The position numbers were made by a program, and so were the translations under genes. The notes under the pieces were generated by a model that did not search any database, had not been told where the DNA came from, and saw only the letters and a list, made by a program, of their open reading frames with translations. A stretch of 57,770 nucleotides of DNA from a virus (Duplodnaviria; Caudoviricetes), in the IMG/VR virus record IMGVR_UViG_3300010226_000007, positions 1 through 57,770 of that record; one strand, written 5' to 3'. Positions 1-8,934 of the stretch are shown here, one piece after another. How positions within the stretch are numbered: position 1 is the first letter of the stretch; each line of letters opens with the position of its first letter.

Positions 1-112
1 CGTCGAGGCTGTTCTGGTCGTGCATGGCGCGGCTCCGGGCGGTACGGGGTGGCGGTATGCAGATGAGCCAATGGTGCACGATCCAGCCGACAACCCGGTC
101 CGATGGCACAGC

Positions 113-142
113 GAAGGCCCCGGTTGGTCGGCCGGGGCCTTC
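113..142. terminator. Hairpin terminator ending the transfer operon
   Basis: Perfect inverted repeat GAAGGCCCCGG-N8-CCGGGGCCTTC just past the stop of 155..442(-). Confidence 0.7.
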
Positions 143-154
143 GAGGGGGCGGGT

Positions 155-442
155 CTACTTGCCGGCGTTGTTGATGAGCCACTGGCCGTATTCGCGGTCG
201 GCGTCGGCGCGGATGTCATAGCGGTCCCAGCCGACTTCGACGGCCTGCTCGATGGCGGGCTGGACGTGGAGCAGGTAGTGCATGCGGTGCTTGCGGCCGG
301 CTCGCTGGAGGCGGGCGCTGTCGACGAGGAGGTGGACGGCGAGTTCGCGGAGTTCACGGCGGTCGTCTTCGGTGTAGGCGTTCGGGGAGGTGGGGGTGAC
401 GACGCCGTTGAGGAAGTCGGGGATGTCGAGGGCGGTGGTCAT
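155..442 (-). CDS. Hypothetical protein
   Basis: 95 aa ORF with AAGGAG RBS; last gene of the left operon. Confidence 0.7.
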   Translation of the reverse strand: MTTALDIPDFLNGVVTPTSPNAYTEDDRRELRELAVHLLVDSARLQRAGRKHRMHYLLHVQPAIEQAVEVGWDRYDIRADADREYGQWLINNAGK

Positions 443-457
443 GGGGTGCTCCTTGGG

Positions 458-976
458 TTAGAGGCCGCGGTCGGCGGCGTGTTGGGCTGTGCGGTCGAGG
501 TAGAGCAGGACGGGGGCGGGGCTGGTCTGGGCGTCGTTCCAGGAGGGGACGGTTTTGGCGTCGGGGAAGTCGCGTTGGATGGCGTCGAGGAGGAGGGAGG
601 CGGCTGAGGAGGTGAGGCCGCGGTCGCCGCGGGCTTCGATTTGGATGGCGCCGAGGATGCAGCGGGCTTCGGCTTGGTCGTCGCGGAGGTCGCCTTGGTG
701 CCAGCCGTGGGTTTCGATGTGGCGGGCGGCCTGCCAGAGGACGGCGGCGATGCGGGTGTTGTAGGGGCAGGCGTGCGGGGTGAGGATCGGGGTGAGCGGG
801 ACGACGTCGGTGAGGGCGGCCGGCGCGTTGGTGTCGATGTGGGCGGTGCGGATGGCGAACTGGGCTGCGGCTTCGTCGAGTCGGACGCTCATGGCGGCGT
901 CGGCGAGTGCGAGCCGTGCGTCGAGGTCGAGGAGCGGGGGCGCCGGGGTTGCGGGCGCGCGGGTGAGCATGGTCAT
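458..976 (-). CDS. Hypothetical protein (DUF6197-like)
   Basis: 172 aa; IETHGWHQG...CILGAI...WND pattern resembles an actinomycete mobile-element family (recalled, not searched). Confidence 0.6.
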   Translation of the reverse strand: MTMLTRAPATPAPPLLDLDARLALADAAMSVRLDEAAAQFAIRTAHIDTNAPAALTDVVPLTPILTPHACPYNTRIAAVLWQAARHIETHGWHQGDLRDDQAEARCILGAIQIEARGDRGLTSSAASLLLDAIQRDFPDAKTVPSWNDAQTSPAPVLLYLDRTAQHAADRGL

Positions 977-1063
977 GTGTGGGTTGCCTTCTGCGCGTAT
1001 GCGCGTGGTGGGTGGAAGGGGCGCTCCGGTGCTGTCCAGGCGTTGCGGGGCGCCCCGGCTTGG

Positions 1064-1480
1064 CTATCGGCGTCGTCCGCGGGCGCGGATGGCCTGGCGG
1101 GTGGTGGGGTCGCTGCCGGAGCGGACGCGCTTGTCGAGGCCGCTGATCTCGGCGTCGTCGAGGTATCCGCTGTAGTCGCCGTGGCCGAGGGGGCCGGCGA
1201 CCTGCGGGGGCGGGTCGGCGATGTTGCGCAGGCCGCGCGGGGGCGCGTCGTAGACGGGCCCGAAGTTCTGGCACAGGGTCACGGCGTCGATGCCCATGGG
1301 GCCGCTGAGCGGGGTGCCGGTGAGGGGCAGCCGGCTGGTGAAGGTGTACTCGCTGTAGGTCTTGCTGTCCTCGTAGGGGGCGAGGTTGGTCGCCATATTG
1401 AAGACGACGTAGTAGGGCTTGTTGAGCTGGAGCTGGCGGGCGAACTGCTTCGCCTGGTGGCGCTGCCAGGTGCGGGCCAT
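1064..1480 (-). CDS. Hypothetical protein
   Basis: 138 aa ORF with GAAGGAG RBS. Confidence 0.7.
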   Translation of the reverse strand: MARTWQRHQAKQFARQLQLNKPYYVVFNMATNLAPYEDSKTYSEYTFTSRLPLTGTPLSGPMGIDAVTLCQNFGPVYDAPPRGLRNIADPPPQVAGPLGHGDYSGYLDDAEISGLDKRVRSGSDPTTRQAIRARGRRR

Positions 1481-1508
1481 GAGTGTTCTCCTTCGGGTGG
1501 GTTGGGGG

Positions 1509-1697
1509 TTAGCCGATGCGGGTGGCCATGAAGGTGTGGATCGTGTAGCCGCGCGGGTAGGCCTGGTCGAGGCCGACTTCTACGGCTTTGCGGATGTTGG
1601 CTTCGGTAGCGTGGTCGGGGCCTTGGGTCTCACCGGTGACCGGGCCCTTCCGGCCGTTCGCCTCGATGAGGGCGCTCCATTTCCAGAAGCTGGCCAT
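1509..1697 (-). CDS. Hypothetical small protein
   Basis: 62 aa ORF with GGAG RBS. Confidence 0.6.
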   Translation of the reverse strand: MASFWKWSALIEANGRKGPVTGETQGPDHATEANIRKAVEVGLDQAYPRGYTIHTFMATRIG

Positions 1698-1746
1698 GGT
1701 GTTGGTTTCTCCGTTTCGGGATGGTTTGTTCGGGTGGACATAGGGT

Positions 1747-1887
1747 GGTTTGCCCCGGACTGAACCCCTTCTGGGGTCGGACAGGGGGTGGACATCGTCC
1801 GGACAGCGTCCGGGTTCCGTCCGGCCTGTCCGGGTGGACAGTCCGGGGCATATCCGGCGTTGTCCGGGTGACAGTCCGGGGCAAACC
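1747..1887. repeat. clt-like locus (putative TraB recognition repeats)
   Basis: Eight TCCGG cores in 1798-1879 (- strand CACCCGGA/AACCCGGA/GCCCCGGA variants), a ~24 bp direct repeat (1827-1850, 1861-1883) and a perfect 16 bp inverted repeat (1747-1762/1872-1887), directly downstream of traB. Confidence 0.7.
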
Positions 1888-1905
1888 TCACATACCGTCG
1901 GCGAT

Positions 1906-4104
1906 CTACTCGCCTTCGAGGAGCTTCAGCGCATCGGCGATGTCGGCCTTCTGGTAGCCGTTGACGCGCCCCACGCCCTCGATGTCGACCTTGACGGTGC
2001 CGCCGGCTCCGGCGTCGCGCAGGAGCTTGCCGAGCCGGGTCTCGGTCATACCTCCGCCGATGACCTCGGCCATCTCCTTCACCTGGGCGACGTCGCGGCC
2101 GAGGTCGGCCATGACCTTCATGCAGCCGCGGAGCGCGTCCATCTGCATGCGCTGCTGCGGCGTGTGGTTGAGGACGTTCCGACCGGGGACACCGTCCCGC
2201 TTCGGCCCGCCGGCCGCCGAAGACAGGCCAGTGGCGTTCAGGAGGTGCTTCTCGATCGGGTCCTCCCACTGCCCGGTCAGGCGGCCGTGCTTCTCGCGCA
2301 GGTTGGCAGCCCGTTCGTTGATCAACGTCACCTCTTCGCGCTCGTCCTGGTCCAGGTCGAAGGAGCGCGCCTTGTCGGTGACGCCGACGAACGGGTTGAC
2401 CAGCCAGCCGAGGCCGGGACGCGGTGGGTCGAACTTGGAGGCGTCCCGGCCCATGCCTGATGAGCCCCTGCCGAGGATGGCGTTGGACTGGTCGGCGGTG
2501 TCGACGCGCATCGCCCACTTGGTGGTGCAGTTGACGGCGAGGGCGGTCGGGATGACGTCGCTGCTCGGGTACTGAGTGATAAGCGCCATGAGGATTCCGG
2601 CGCCTGCGGCTACGGCGGAGAGCTCGATCAGCGCTTCGAGGATCTCGTCCCGCAAAGGCCTGTCCGGCCTTGTGTACGTGGCAAGTTCGTCGATGACGAG
2701 CAGTTCGAGGCCGCCGATCCCTTCGATGGCCTGCGGGACCAGCTTGCTCTTGCCGAGCCGGCCGAGTTCCGCCTCGCGCCGGTTCTTGTCGGCGATGAGT
2801 GCGTGCAGGAGCGCGAGCAGCCTGTGCGCGTCGGGCTTGAAGTACGTGCCCGCGACGCCCGCCTTGGCGTAGGGGTCCCATTCGCCGTTGTTCTTACCTG
2901 CGACGATGCGGTGGTTGATGCGCACGTCGAGCGTTGATCCAGCGACCAGGTTCGCGGCGCCGACTCCCTTTCCGGAACGGGTTCCGCCACCGATGATGAA
3001 GTTGGAGTCACGGATGGGCAGGCAGATGGTGTTGCCGCGCTTGCCCCAGCCGACCGGCACGCCGTCCTTGAAGGCGTCGATCTGCCCGGACTTCCTGACA
3101 AGCGGCGAGGGGCGGACCTCTTCGAACGGGTCCTGGTCGGCGATCCACAGGCTGGTGCGGACTGCGGATCCCTTCTTCTCGATGTCGACCATGACGGAGT
3201 CGCGGCCGATCGCCCCGGCGAAAACCTCGATCTTGTCCTGGAGCTTTGCGACGGTCTGACCTGCGGGAAGGTCGAAGACGACGGTAGTGCTGCCGTCCTT
3301 CTCGCGCTGCGGCACGGCCAGGATGGCGAGTTGTTCGTCCCCTTTCACCATGCCGATCTTCCGGAGGGCTTCCTCAAGCTGCGACACGGTGAGCGCGGGC
3401 GGCGGTGGGGCGTTGAAGTCCCGCACCCCAGGCTGCGGTTCGGCCTTCACCATGTCGACGGGGGTGGCCAGCTGCTCCATCGGAGCAGGCGCAGGCTGGC
3501 CGTCGACGAAAGGGCGCGACACGAGGTACCAGCCGTAGCCAGCCGCGGTACCGAGCACGGCGAGGATCATCGGCTGGCCGTGCGCGGCATTTTCGATCGC
3601 GGCACCGGTCACCGGAAGGGCGGCCAGGCTTCCGCCGGCCAGGGCGAGGGCACGCCCGGCCCGCTTGCTGTGGCGGACGCTGTCGATCTCACGGTCTGTG
3701 GGCGGCAGGACGGGCTGCGCCTGCAGTGATGCCAGCTTCGATTCGGCGGCTGCGACCTGCCCGGCGAGCGCCGTCAGCAGGCCGGTGCTTCCGCCCCGCT
3801 CCCCGAGCTCGGCCTGCGCCTTGGCAACGTGCAGGCGGGCGTGGAGGCGGGCGACGTGCGCTTCGAGGTGGGCGACCTGCTCGGCCCGCTTGCGCTCCTT
3901 GCGTTCGGCGGCGTGCTGGATGGCGTCGACAGGGTCGAGGTCGCCGCCGGCCAGCCAGTCGCCGATGCGGGCTCGGGCGTGACCGCGCTGCTGCGCGAAG
4001 GCGGCCTTGGCGCGGTCGCCGCGGGTGGGCTGGTCAGCCTGCTCGGTGAACGGCGGGCCCGTGTGGGGCTGGTAGTCGGGGTGCGGCGGGATCTCGGTGG
4101 CCAC
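1906..4104 (-). CDS. traB: TraB-like FtsK/SpoIIIE DNA translocase
   Basis: 732 aa; two N-terminal hydrophobic helices, Walker A GGTRSGKG, Walker B LLVIDE, TQYP motif, C-terminal winged-helix-like region; architecture of Streptomyces TraB. Confidence 0.85.
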   Translation of the reverse strand: MATEIPPHPDYQPHTGPPFTEQADQPTRGDRAKAAFAQQRGHARARIGDWLAGGDLDPVDAIQHAAERKERKRAEQVAHLEAHVARLHARLHVAKAQAELGERGGSTGLLTALAGQVAAAESKLASLQAQPVLPPTDREIDSVRHSKRAGRALALAGGSLAALPVTGAAIENAAHGQPMILAVLGTAAGYGWYLVSRPFVDGQPAPAPMEQLATPVDMVKAEPQPGVRDFNAPPPPALTVSQLEEALRKIGMVKGDEQLAILAVPQREKDGSTTVVFDLPAGQTVAKLQDKIEVFAGAIGRDSVMVDIEKKGSAVRTSLWIADQDPFEEVRPSPLVRKSGQIDAFKDGVPVGWGKRGNTICLPIRDSNFIIGGGTRSGKGVGAANLVAGSTLDVRINHRIVAGKNNGEWDPYAKAGVAGTYFKPDAHRLLALLHALIADKNRREAELGRLGKSKLVPQAIEGIGGLELLVIDELATYTRPDRPLRDEILEALIELSAVAAGAGILMALITQYPSSDVIPTALAVNCTTKWAMRVDTADQSNAILGRGSSGMGRDASKFDPPRPGLGWLVNPFVGVTDKARSFDLDQDEREEVTLINERAANLREKHGRLTGQWEDPIEKHLLNATGLSSAAGGPKRDGVPGRNVLNHTPQQRMQMDALRGCMKVMADLGRDVAQVKEMAEVIGGGMTETRLGKLLRDAGAGGTVKVDIEGVGRVNGYQKADIADALKLLEGE

Positions 4105-4166
4105 TGGCCTGGTCCTTCCTCGGGTCGGGGGCGGGGCCCGGGGCGGGCCCCGCCGAGGGGTGCGGC

Positions 4167-4760
4167 TTAGCCGAGGCCGCCGAGCATCGAGCCGAGCGAG
4201 CCGAGCAGCGAGTTCGTCATCTGGGCGCCCATGCCGCCGATGACGGTGCCGGACAGAGCGATGCCGAGCAGGCCGACGAGGACGGCGTCGAGCGACTTGA
4301 TGTGCCCGTGCTTGACCTTGAAGAACACGATGATCGACAGGGCGAGGATGGCGACCACACCGGTGGCGACCACACCGCCGGACGCCTGGGTGGTGATCTG
4401 CTGGTTGTAGCCGGCCGGGACCTGGCCCGTGTTGTAAGGGTTCTGCAGCTGGGTGCTGGTGCCGTCGTCGGCCGTGTTGCCGGTGGTGATCCCGGCCGGG
4501 TCCTGGGTGTCGGTCCGGTACGCGGCGACGGTGGCAACGTGCTCGGCGGTCGCGTGGTGGCCGTAGCCGCCCATGCCGGTGATCCGCAGCGTGCGCCCGT
4601 CGGGCAGGGTCACCGGGGCGGTGACCGCACGCTCGGCGACGGTGTGCATCTCGACGGCGGACGCGGCCGGCGCGGCGGCGACCCCGATGGCCGCGGCGCC
4701 GCCAAGGAGGGCGACGGCCGCACTGCCCGACACGGCAATCTGACGGAAGGTGATGCTCAT
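4167..4760 (-). CDS. Secreted/membrane protein of the transfer module
   Basis: Signal-peptide-like N terminus (AxA) and two C-terminal hydrophobic helices; directly upstream of traB. Confidence 0.7.
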   Translation of the reverse strand: MSITFRQIAVSGSAAVALLGGAAAIGVAAAPAASAVEMHTVAERAVTAPVTLPDGRTLRITGMGGYGHHATAEHVATVAAYRTDTQDPAGITTGNTADDGTSTQLQNPYNTGQVPAGYNQQITTQASGGVVATGVVAILALSIIVFFKVKHGHIKSLDAVLVGLLGIALSGTVIGGMGAQMTNSLLGSLGSMLGGLG

Positions 4761-4784
4761 GACTGGACTCTCCTGATGGTGGGG

Positions 4785-6065
4785 TTAGTTGTCGTTCGGG
4801 CGGGAGTTCTTACGGCGCAGCAGCTCGCTGTGAGCGCGGCCAGCGGCGCGGTGATAGCGAGGTGTGTCATTGGGCTTCCGGCGGGGCGGAACGGGCTTGT
4901 ACGAAGAGCGGGGTGTTTGGACCGCACGCTGCGCATTCGTGTTCTTGCTGAGGGTGTTGACGGGCATGCCGGAGCGCGCCGCTTCGACACGCTTCTCCGC
5001 CTTCCGCCGACCGGTGATGATGTCCGCAGACTCGGCCGGGTCGGCGCCTTCGATGTCGCGGTGCGCGCGCTTCCAGACGGCCTCGGTGACGGTCGTCTCA
5101 CCAAGAGCGGCAGCGATCTTCAAGGCGTGCTTCCACACCTCCGGGAACATGTCCTCGCGGTCCTTTGCGAGCTTCTCTGCCGCCGCCTTCGCCGCCTCCT
5201 CCGCAGCCTGCTTGTCGGCGGCCCGCTTCTCCTCGTCGGCGGCTCGTTGCGCGGCTTCCGCCTTGGCCGCCTTTTTGGCGGCCTTGCGTTCGCGGCGGGT
5301 GGGGACGCCGTCGCGGCGGCGGATGCGACCGTGCTCGTGGAGGTCCCATACGCCGGGGCCTGCGATGGAGGCGAACGCGGTCGCCAGGGCCGTACCGGGG
5401 TCGAAGCTGTGGAGGCCGTGGTAGAGGTTCACGCCCGCGGCGACGAAGGCCAGCAGCCAGACGATGGCGCGGTAGTGCCAGACCGGCCGCCGGTTGGCGA
5501 CGGCGGCGCGGGCGCCACGATGCACGACCCAGGCCGCACCCTCCAGCATGATCGGGGCGGCGGCCATCCACGGCGCCTTCGGGTTCCAGAAGAAACTCAT
5601 CTGGACCGGCAGGGACACGATGCCGCACACGACCGCGAACTTGATCGCATAGGAGCGCCACTTGTCGTCGGCGTCCTTCACCTCGGCCGCGGCGTTCTCC
5701 TCGGCCTGCTGCTGCTCCTCGTCGGCGCGCTGCTCCTTGGCGCGGGCGCGCTCGATGTCCTCGCGCTTCTTGTCCGCCTCGGCGATCTTCGCGCGCTGCT
5801 CGGCCTGCTCCCGCTGGAAACGCAGAGCGGCACGCTCATTGGCGATGGCCTGCTTCTCGTTCTCCAGCCGCTGCGTCTCCGCCTGCTCGGCGGCGAGAAT
5901 CTCGGCGGCTTTCGCCTCACCCTCGGCCTTCTTGCGCAGCGCTTCGGCTTCGGCGGCGGCGCGAGTCCGGATCGCCTCCGCCTCGGCCAGCGCCACCGGA
6001 TCGAACCGGGGCTCGGGCGAGGTCAGCGACATCCCGTTGACCTTCTTCTCGACGGAGGTGGTCAC
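4785..6065 (-). CDS. Spd-like (SpdB2/DUF2637-type) multi-TM coiled-coil protein
   Basis: GTG start with AGGAAGGA RBS; long Ala/Glu/Lys coiled coils around about four TM helices (APIMLEGAAW, AGVNLYHG). Confidence 0.65.
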   Translation of the reverse strand: MTTSVEKKVNGMSLTSPEPRFDPVALAEAEAIRTRAAAEAEALRKKAEGEAKAAEILAAEQAETQRLENEKQAIANERAALRFQREQAEQRAKIAEADKKREDIERARAKEQRADEEQQQAEENAAAEVKDADDKWRSYAIKFAVVCGIVSLPVQMSFFWNPKAPWMAAAPIMLEGAAWVVHRGARAAVANRRPVWHYRAIVWLLAFVAAGVNLYHGLHSFDPGTALATAFASIAGPGVWDLHEHGRIRRRDGVPTRRERKAAKKAAKAEAAQRAADEEKRAADKQAAEEAAKAAAEKLAKDREDMFPEVWKHALKIAAALGETTVTEAVWKRAHRDIEGADPAESADIITGRRKAEKRVEAARSGMPVNTLSKNTNAQRAVQTPRSSYKPVPPRRKPNDTPRYHRAAGRAHSELLRRKNSRPNDN

Positions 6066-6162
6066 GCTGATCGGTGTCCTTCCTGGACTAGGTGGGGTTT
6101 GGTAGGCGCCGTGGCGGCGAGGCCGCGGGGGAACGAATCCCGCCGCCACGGCAGTCAGGGGG

Positions 6163-6327
6163 TCAGGCGGCCAGGGGCAACCGCAGACCGAGCAGCTCGT
6201 CGACGAGCCGCGGACCCAGCGGAGTGATGGCGTCAACGCCAGCCGCCTGATCGAGGATCAGCCGCCGTGTCTCCGCGTCGGCGTCGATGAACTGGGCGAT
6301 CAGACGAGCACGGTCCTGAATAGACAT
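6163..6327 (-). CDS. Hypothetical small protein (54 aa, not in ORF track)
   Basis: MSIQDRARLIAQFIDADAE... with AAGGAA RBS. Confidence 0.55.
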   Translation of the reverse strand: MSIQDRARLIAQFIDADAETRRLILDQAAGVDAITPLGPRLVDELLGLRLPLAA

Positions 6328-6420
6328 GGGGGTTCCTTAGAAGGTGAAGGGGGTGGGGTGGGCACCGCGGGCGGCGGGACGGGGGGAGCGTTCAATCGCC
6401 GCCCGCGGCGGTCTAGGGGG

Positions 6421-6681
6421 CTAGCGGCGCCGGCATGCCTCGTCGTCGATCAGCTGCAAGTCGAAACCGTGCCCGGCAGCAGTCACCACCGCCCGGTCGA
6501 ACTCACGCACCGCCCGACGCCAGCCCGGATCCGTAGTGTGGTCACGGCCCTGGGCCTTCAGGCGCTCCTCGACCACACGGCAGGCATTCGACTTATCGGC
6601 CGCATCAGCCAAGGCCGCGGAAGCACGACGCTGCTCATCCCGCCGGTACGCCGACCATTCGGCACTCTGCGCGTCAGCCAT
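6421..6681 (-). CDS. Hypothetical protein
   Basis: MADAQSAEW... with GAGG RBS; overlaps the upstream gene. Confidence 0.55.
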   Translation of the reverse strand: MADAQSAEWSAYRRDEQRRASAALADAADKSNACRVVEERLKAQGRDHTTDPGWRRAVREFDRAVVTAAGHGFDLQLIDDEACRRR

Positions 6682-6898
6682 CCGAACCACCTCGCTCGGC
6701 ATCGAGCGCGGCCAGCAGATCGGCCAGCACGTAGTGCAGCCCATAGGCAGCACGGATCATCTCGTCCTTGTCGTGAATGTTCGCCGGAGCCTTCTCAGCA
6801 AGAACCTTCCGAGCCCGGTCAATGGCCTGCTGCAACGCCGGCACGACCGAATGCGCATCCCTCTCCGGGTTGTACAGCGGGTCGTAAGAGGCACTCAC
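6674..6898 (-). CDS. Hypothetical protein
   Basis: 74 aa, 4 bp overlap with the upstream gene. Confidence 0.6.
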   Translation of the reverse strand: MSASYDPLYNPERDAHSVVPALQQAIDRARKVLAEKAPANIHDKDEMIRAAYGLHYVLADLLAALDAERGGSDG

Positions 6899-7161
6899 GC
6901 CGCACCGCCGATCAGGTCCAGGCGGCCGGCCGCGGCGAGCGTGGCACGCGCACCCGCCATCAGATCCTCGGCGTGGGCGAGGCTGTCCGCGTCCAGGTCC
7001 GACAAGGTGCCGGCCTCGGCCAGCGCCGCCAACTGCACCGCACGCACCGTCGCCGACTCGTAGACCGTGACGGCCTCGACCAGCGGGAAGTGCGCGGCGA
7101 TACGGGACGCCGCATCGGCGGCCAGGGCGGGGAGCGGGGCGGTGGGGGTCTCGGTGCTCAT
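6895..7161 (-). CDS. Hypothetical protein
   Basis: 88 aa, ATGA overlap. Confidence 0.6.
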   Translation of the reverse strand: MSTETPTAPLPALAADAASRIAAHFPLVEAVTVYESATVRAVQLAALAEAGTLSDLDADSLAHAEDLMAGARATLAAAGRLDLIGGAA

Positions 7162-7568
7162 GCCGTCACCGCCTTGAGGGCGCGGCCCATGGTGCGGATC
7201 TTCTCGGCGAAGGCGACGAGGTTGTCGGCGAACGTCTCGGCGTGCTCGGCGTCCATGTAGGAGCCCTCGGCGCTGCTGCCGTCCTCGATGAAGAGGAAGG
7301 GGCGCCGCATCTCCTCGTTGCTGCTGAAGGGGTCGATGCCGAGGCGGGCGTAGGCGAGGAGGTCCGGGGTGCCGTTGCGGCGCGGGGCCTCCAAATCGGC
7401 GAACTCGCCGGAGTGCCAGACGTCCTCGATGAAGCGCTGATTATCCCGAACATGATCAATAACACACCATGTCGGACATTCCAGGTAGCACCGCTGGCCG
7501 TCGATGAGGGCCGGGACGATGCGGATGTCTGCCGCGCTAGTAGCGGCGGACTGTACGGTGGTCTGCAC
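7158..7568 (-). CDS. Cys/His protein (DUF6907-like), first gene of the transfer operon
   Basis: CPTWCVIDH...WH motif; GGGAGA RBS. Confidence 0.6.
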   Translation of the reverse strand: MQTTVQSAATSAADIRIVPALIDGQRCYLECPTWCVIDHVRDNQRFIEDVWHSGEFADLEAPRRNGTPDLLAYARLGIDPFSSNEEMRRPFLFIEDGSSAEGSYMDAEHAETFADNLVAFAEKIRTMGRALKAVTA

Positions 7569-7672
7569 GGTTAGGTCTCCCTAGTGTGAGGGCGTTCCGA
7601 CCTAGGCCCCGTTTCGGTGTTCGCAGCACCGGGCGGGGCCGTTTTGTTGGCCGCTTGCCTGCCAACGACTCC

Positions 7673-7702
7673 ACCGTAGGGAACATGGTGTTCCCGCGTC
7701 AA
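7673..7702 (-). promoter_or_regulatory. Sigma70/HrdB-type promoter with operator palindrome
   Basis: - strand TTGACG-N18-TACGGT; spacer holds GGGAAC-N5-GTTCCC (7679-7695). Confidence 0.6.
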
Positions 7703-7792
7703 GCGCAGGGACCTAGTATTTTTCGCCGCGTCCGCGTAACGTCATGTCACGTGATTACAGACGACCGGACGACGAATGGAACACTGTGTGAC

Positions 7793-8023
7793 ATGGACAA
7801 ACGATCACTGGAGCAGCTGGCGCAGCAGTTCAAGAAGTCCAAGGACAGGACCGAGAACCTGCGCAAGACGTTGGCGACCGCCATCCGGTTGGCCGACGAA
7901 GACGGTGTGCCCCAGAAGGACATCTGCGAGGCGACCGGATACACCCGCCAGCAGGTCCGCCGGATCATCGTGTCCCCCGAGCCGGACGAGGACGGGACCA
8001 CTGGACTCGCAGGCCAGGGCTAG
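7793..8023 (+). CDS. Small HTH regulator, probable repressor of the transfer operon
   Basis: GVPQKDICEATGYTRQQVRRII HTH; divergent from the operon. Confidence 0.7.
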   Translation: MDKRSLEQLAQQFKKSKDRTENLRKTLATAIRLADEDGVPQKDICEATGYTRQQVRRIIVSPEPDEDGTTGLAGQG

Positions 8024-8157
8024 CGCTCTGTCGTTCGCCATGCTCATACAGTGCCGCCGCGAGGGCCTTCTGCGCGGCGGCACTTCTGGCGTCGCTCCAC
8101 CCCCAAGGGGGCGTCAAACGGGTGTCATCAGGGGGCAGATCCCGCTACCGTTGTGAC

Positions 8158-8919
8158 ATGACGACACCAAACGCCACATTGCGGGCGATCCGGATCAGCA
8201 TGCTCCTGAGCCAGGACGAGTTCGCGAAGAAGATCAGGGACGCAGGCGCGCAGGCCGGCCAGCCCAATGATGCAACCAAGCGGCTCGTCCAGCGATGGGA
8301 ATCCGGAACCACCGCCGCCCCCCGACCGGTGTACGCCCGCGCGCTTGAGATCGCCACCGGAATGCCGATCGAAGCGCTCGGCTTCTCTGCCCCAATCATG
8401 GCGCGAGTCACCGATGACGGCGCTGGCGGCCACGACGTCCACCCCTCCCCCGAGGGTGTCGCCGCACCGGGGACCGGTCCCACCCCGCAGGCATCACCGC
8501 GCGGCAACTACTCGGGCGTGTGGCTGTCCAAGTACGAGTACTTCTCAAGTGGCCGCGACGGCAGCTTTGTCGGCATGCACTACGTGCTCGTCCTCCAGCA
8601 TGGCAATCGCCTTACGGTGCGGTCCCTCCCGGGAGCGTCGTCGAATCCGGACTCACCGCTCACCATGGACCTGACGGTGGACGGAGGCGTCGTCACCGGC
8701 ACTTGGGTCGAGACGACCGCCGCGGATGGCTACTACCGGGGCGCGCGCTATCACGGCGCTATCCAGATGCTTATCGAACCGACTGGCAGGCGCATGGCCG
8801 GCAAGTGGGTCGGTTTCGGTAAGGACTTCGACATGAATACGGGCCCTTGGGAGCTGCGCCTCCAAGACCCATCGACGGACCCAAAGACGATCAACAAGTA
8901 CAGCCGAGTACCCGAGTAG
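8158..8919 (+). CDS. XRE-family regulator with C-terminal beta-rich domain
   Basis: N-terminal LSQDEFA...VQRWESG HTH; beta-strand-rich C-terminal domain. Confidence 0.75.
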   Translation: MTTPNATLRAIRISMLLSQDEFAKKIRDAGAQAGQPNDATKRLVQRWESGTTAAPRPVYARALEIATGMPIEALGFSAPIMARVTDDGAGGHDVHPSPEGVAAPGTGPTPQASPRGNYSGVWLSKYEYFSSGRDGSFVGMHYVLVLQHGNRLTVRSLPGASSNPDSPLTMDLTVDGGVVTGTWVETTAADGYYRGARYHGAIQMLIEPTGRRMAGKWVGFGKDFDMNTGPWELRLQDPSTDPKTINKYSRVPE

Positions 8920-8934
8920 ACGAGAGGAAGTTCA

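Noticed and set aside
1747-1887. Possible CRISPR array or coding repeat (ORF 1630..1884)
   Set aside because: Repeats are 5-24 bp with no unique spacers and no cas genes. The ORF is low-complexity. A clt locus fits better.
155-8023. Independent AICE inserted into the phage
   Set aside because: No own integrase, excisionase, rolling-circle Rep or flanking att repeats are visible in the window. Sequence left of position 1 is unseen.
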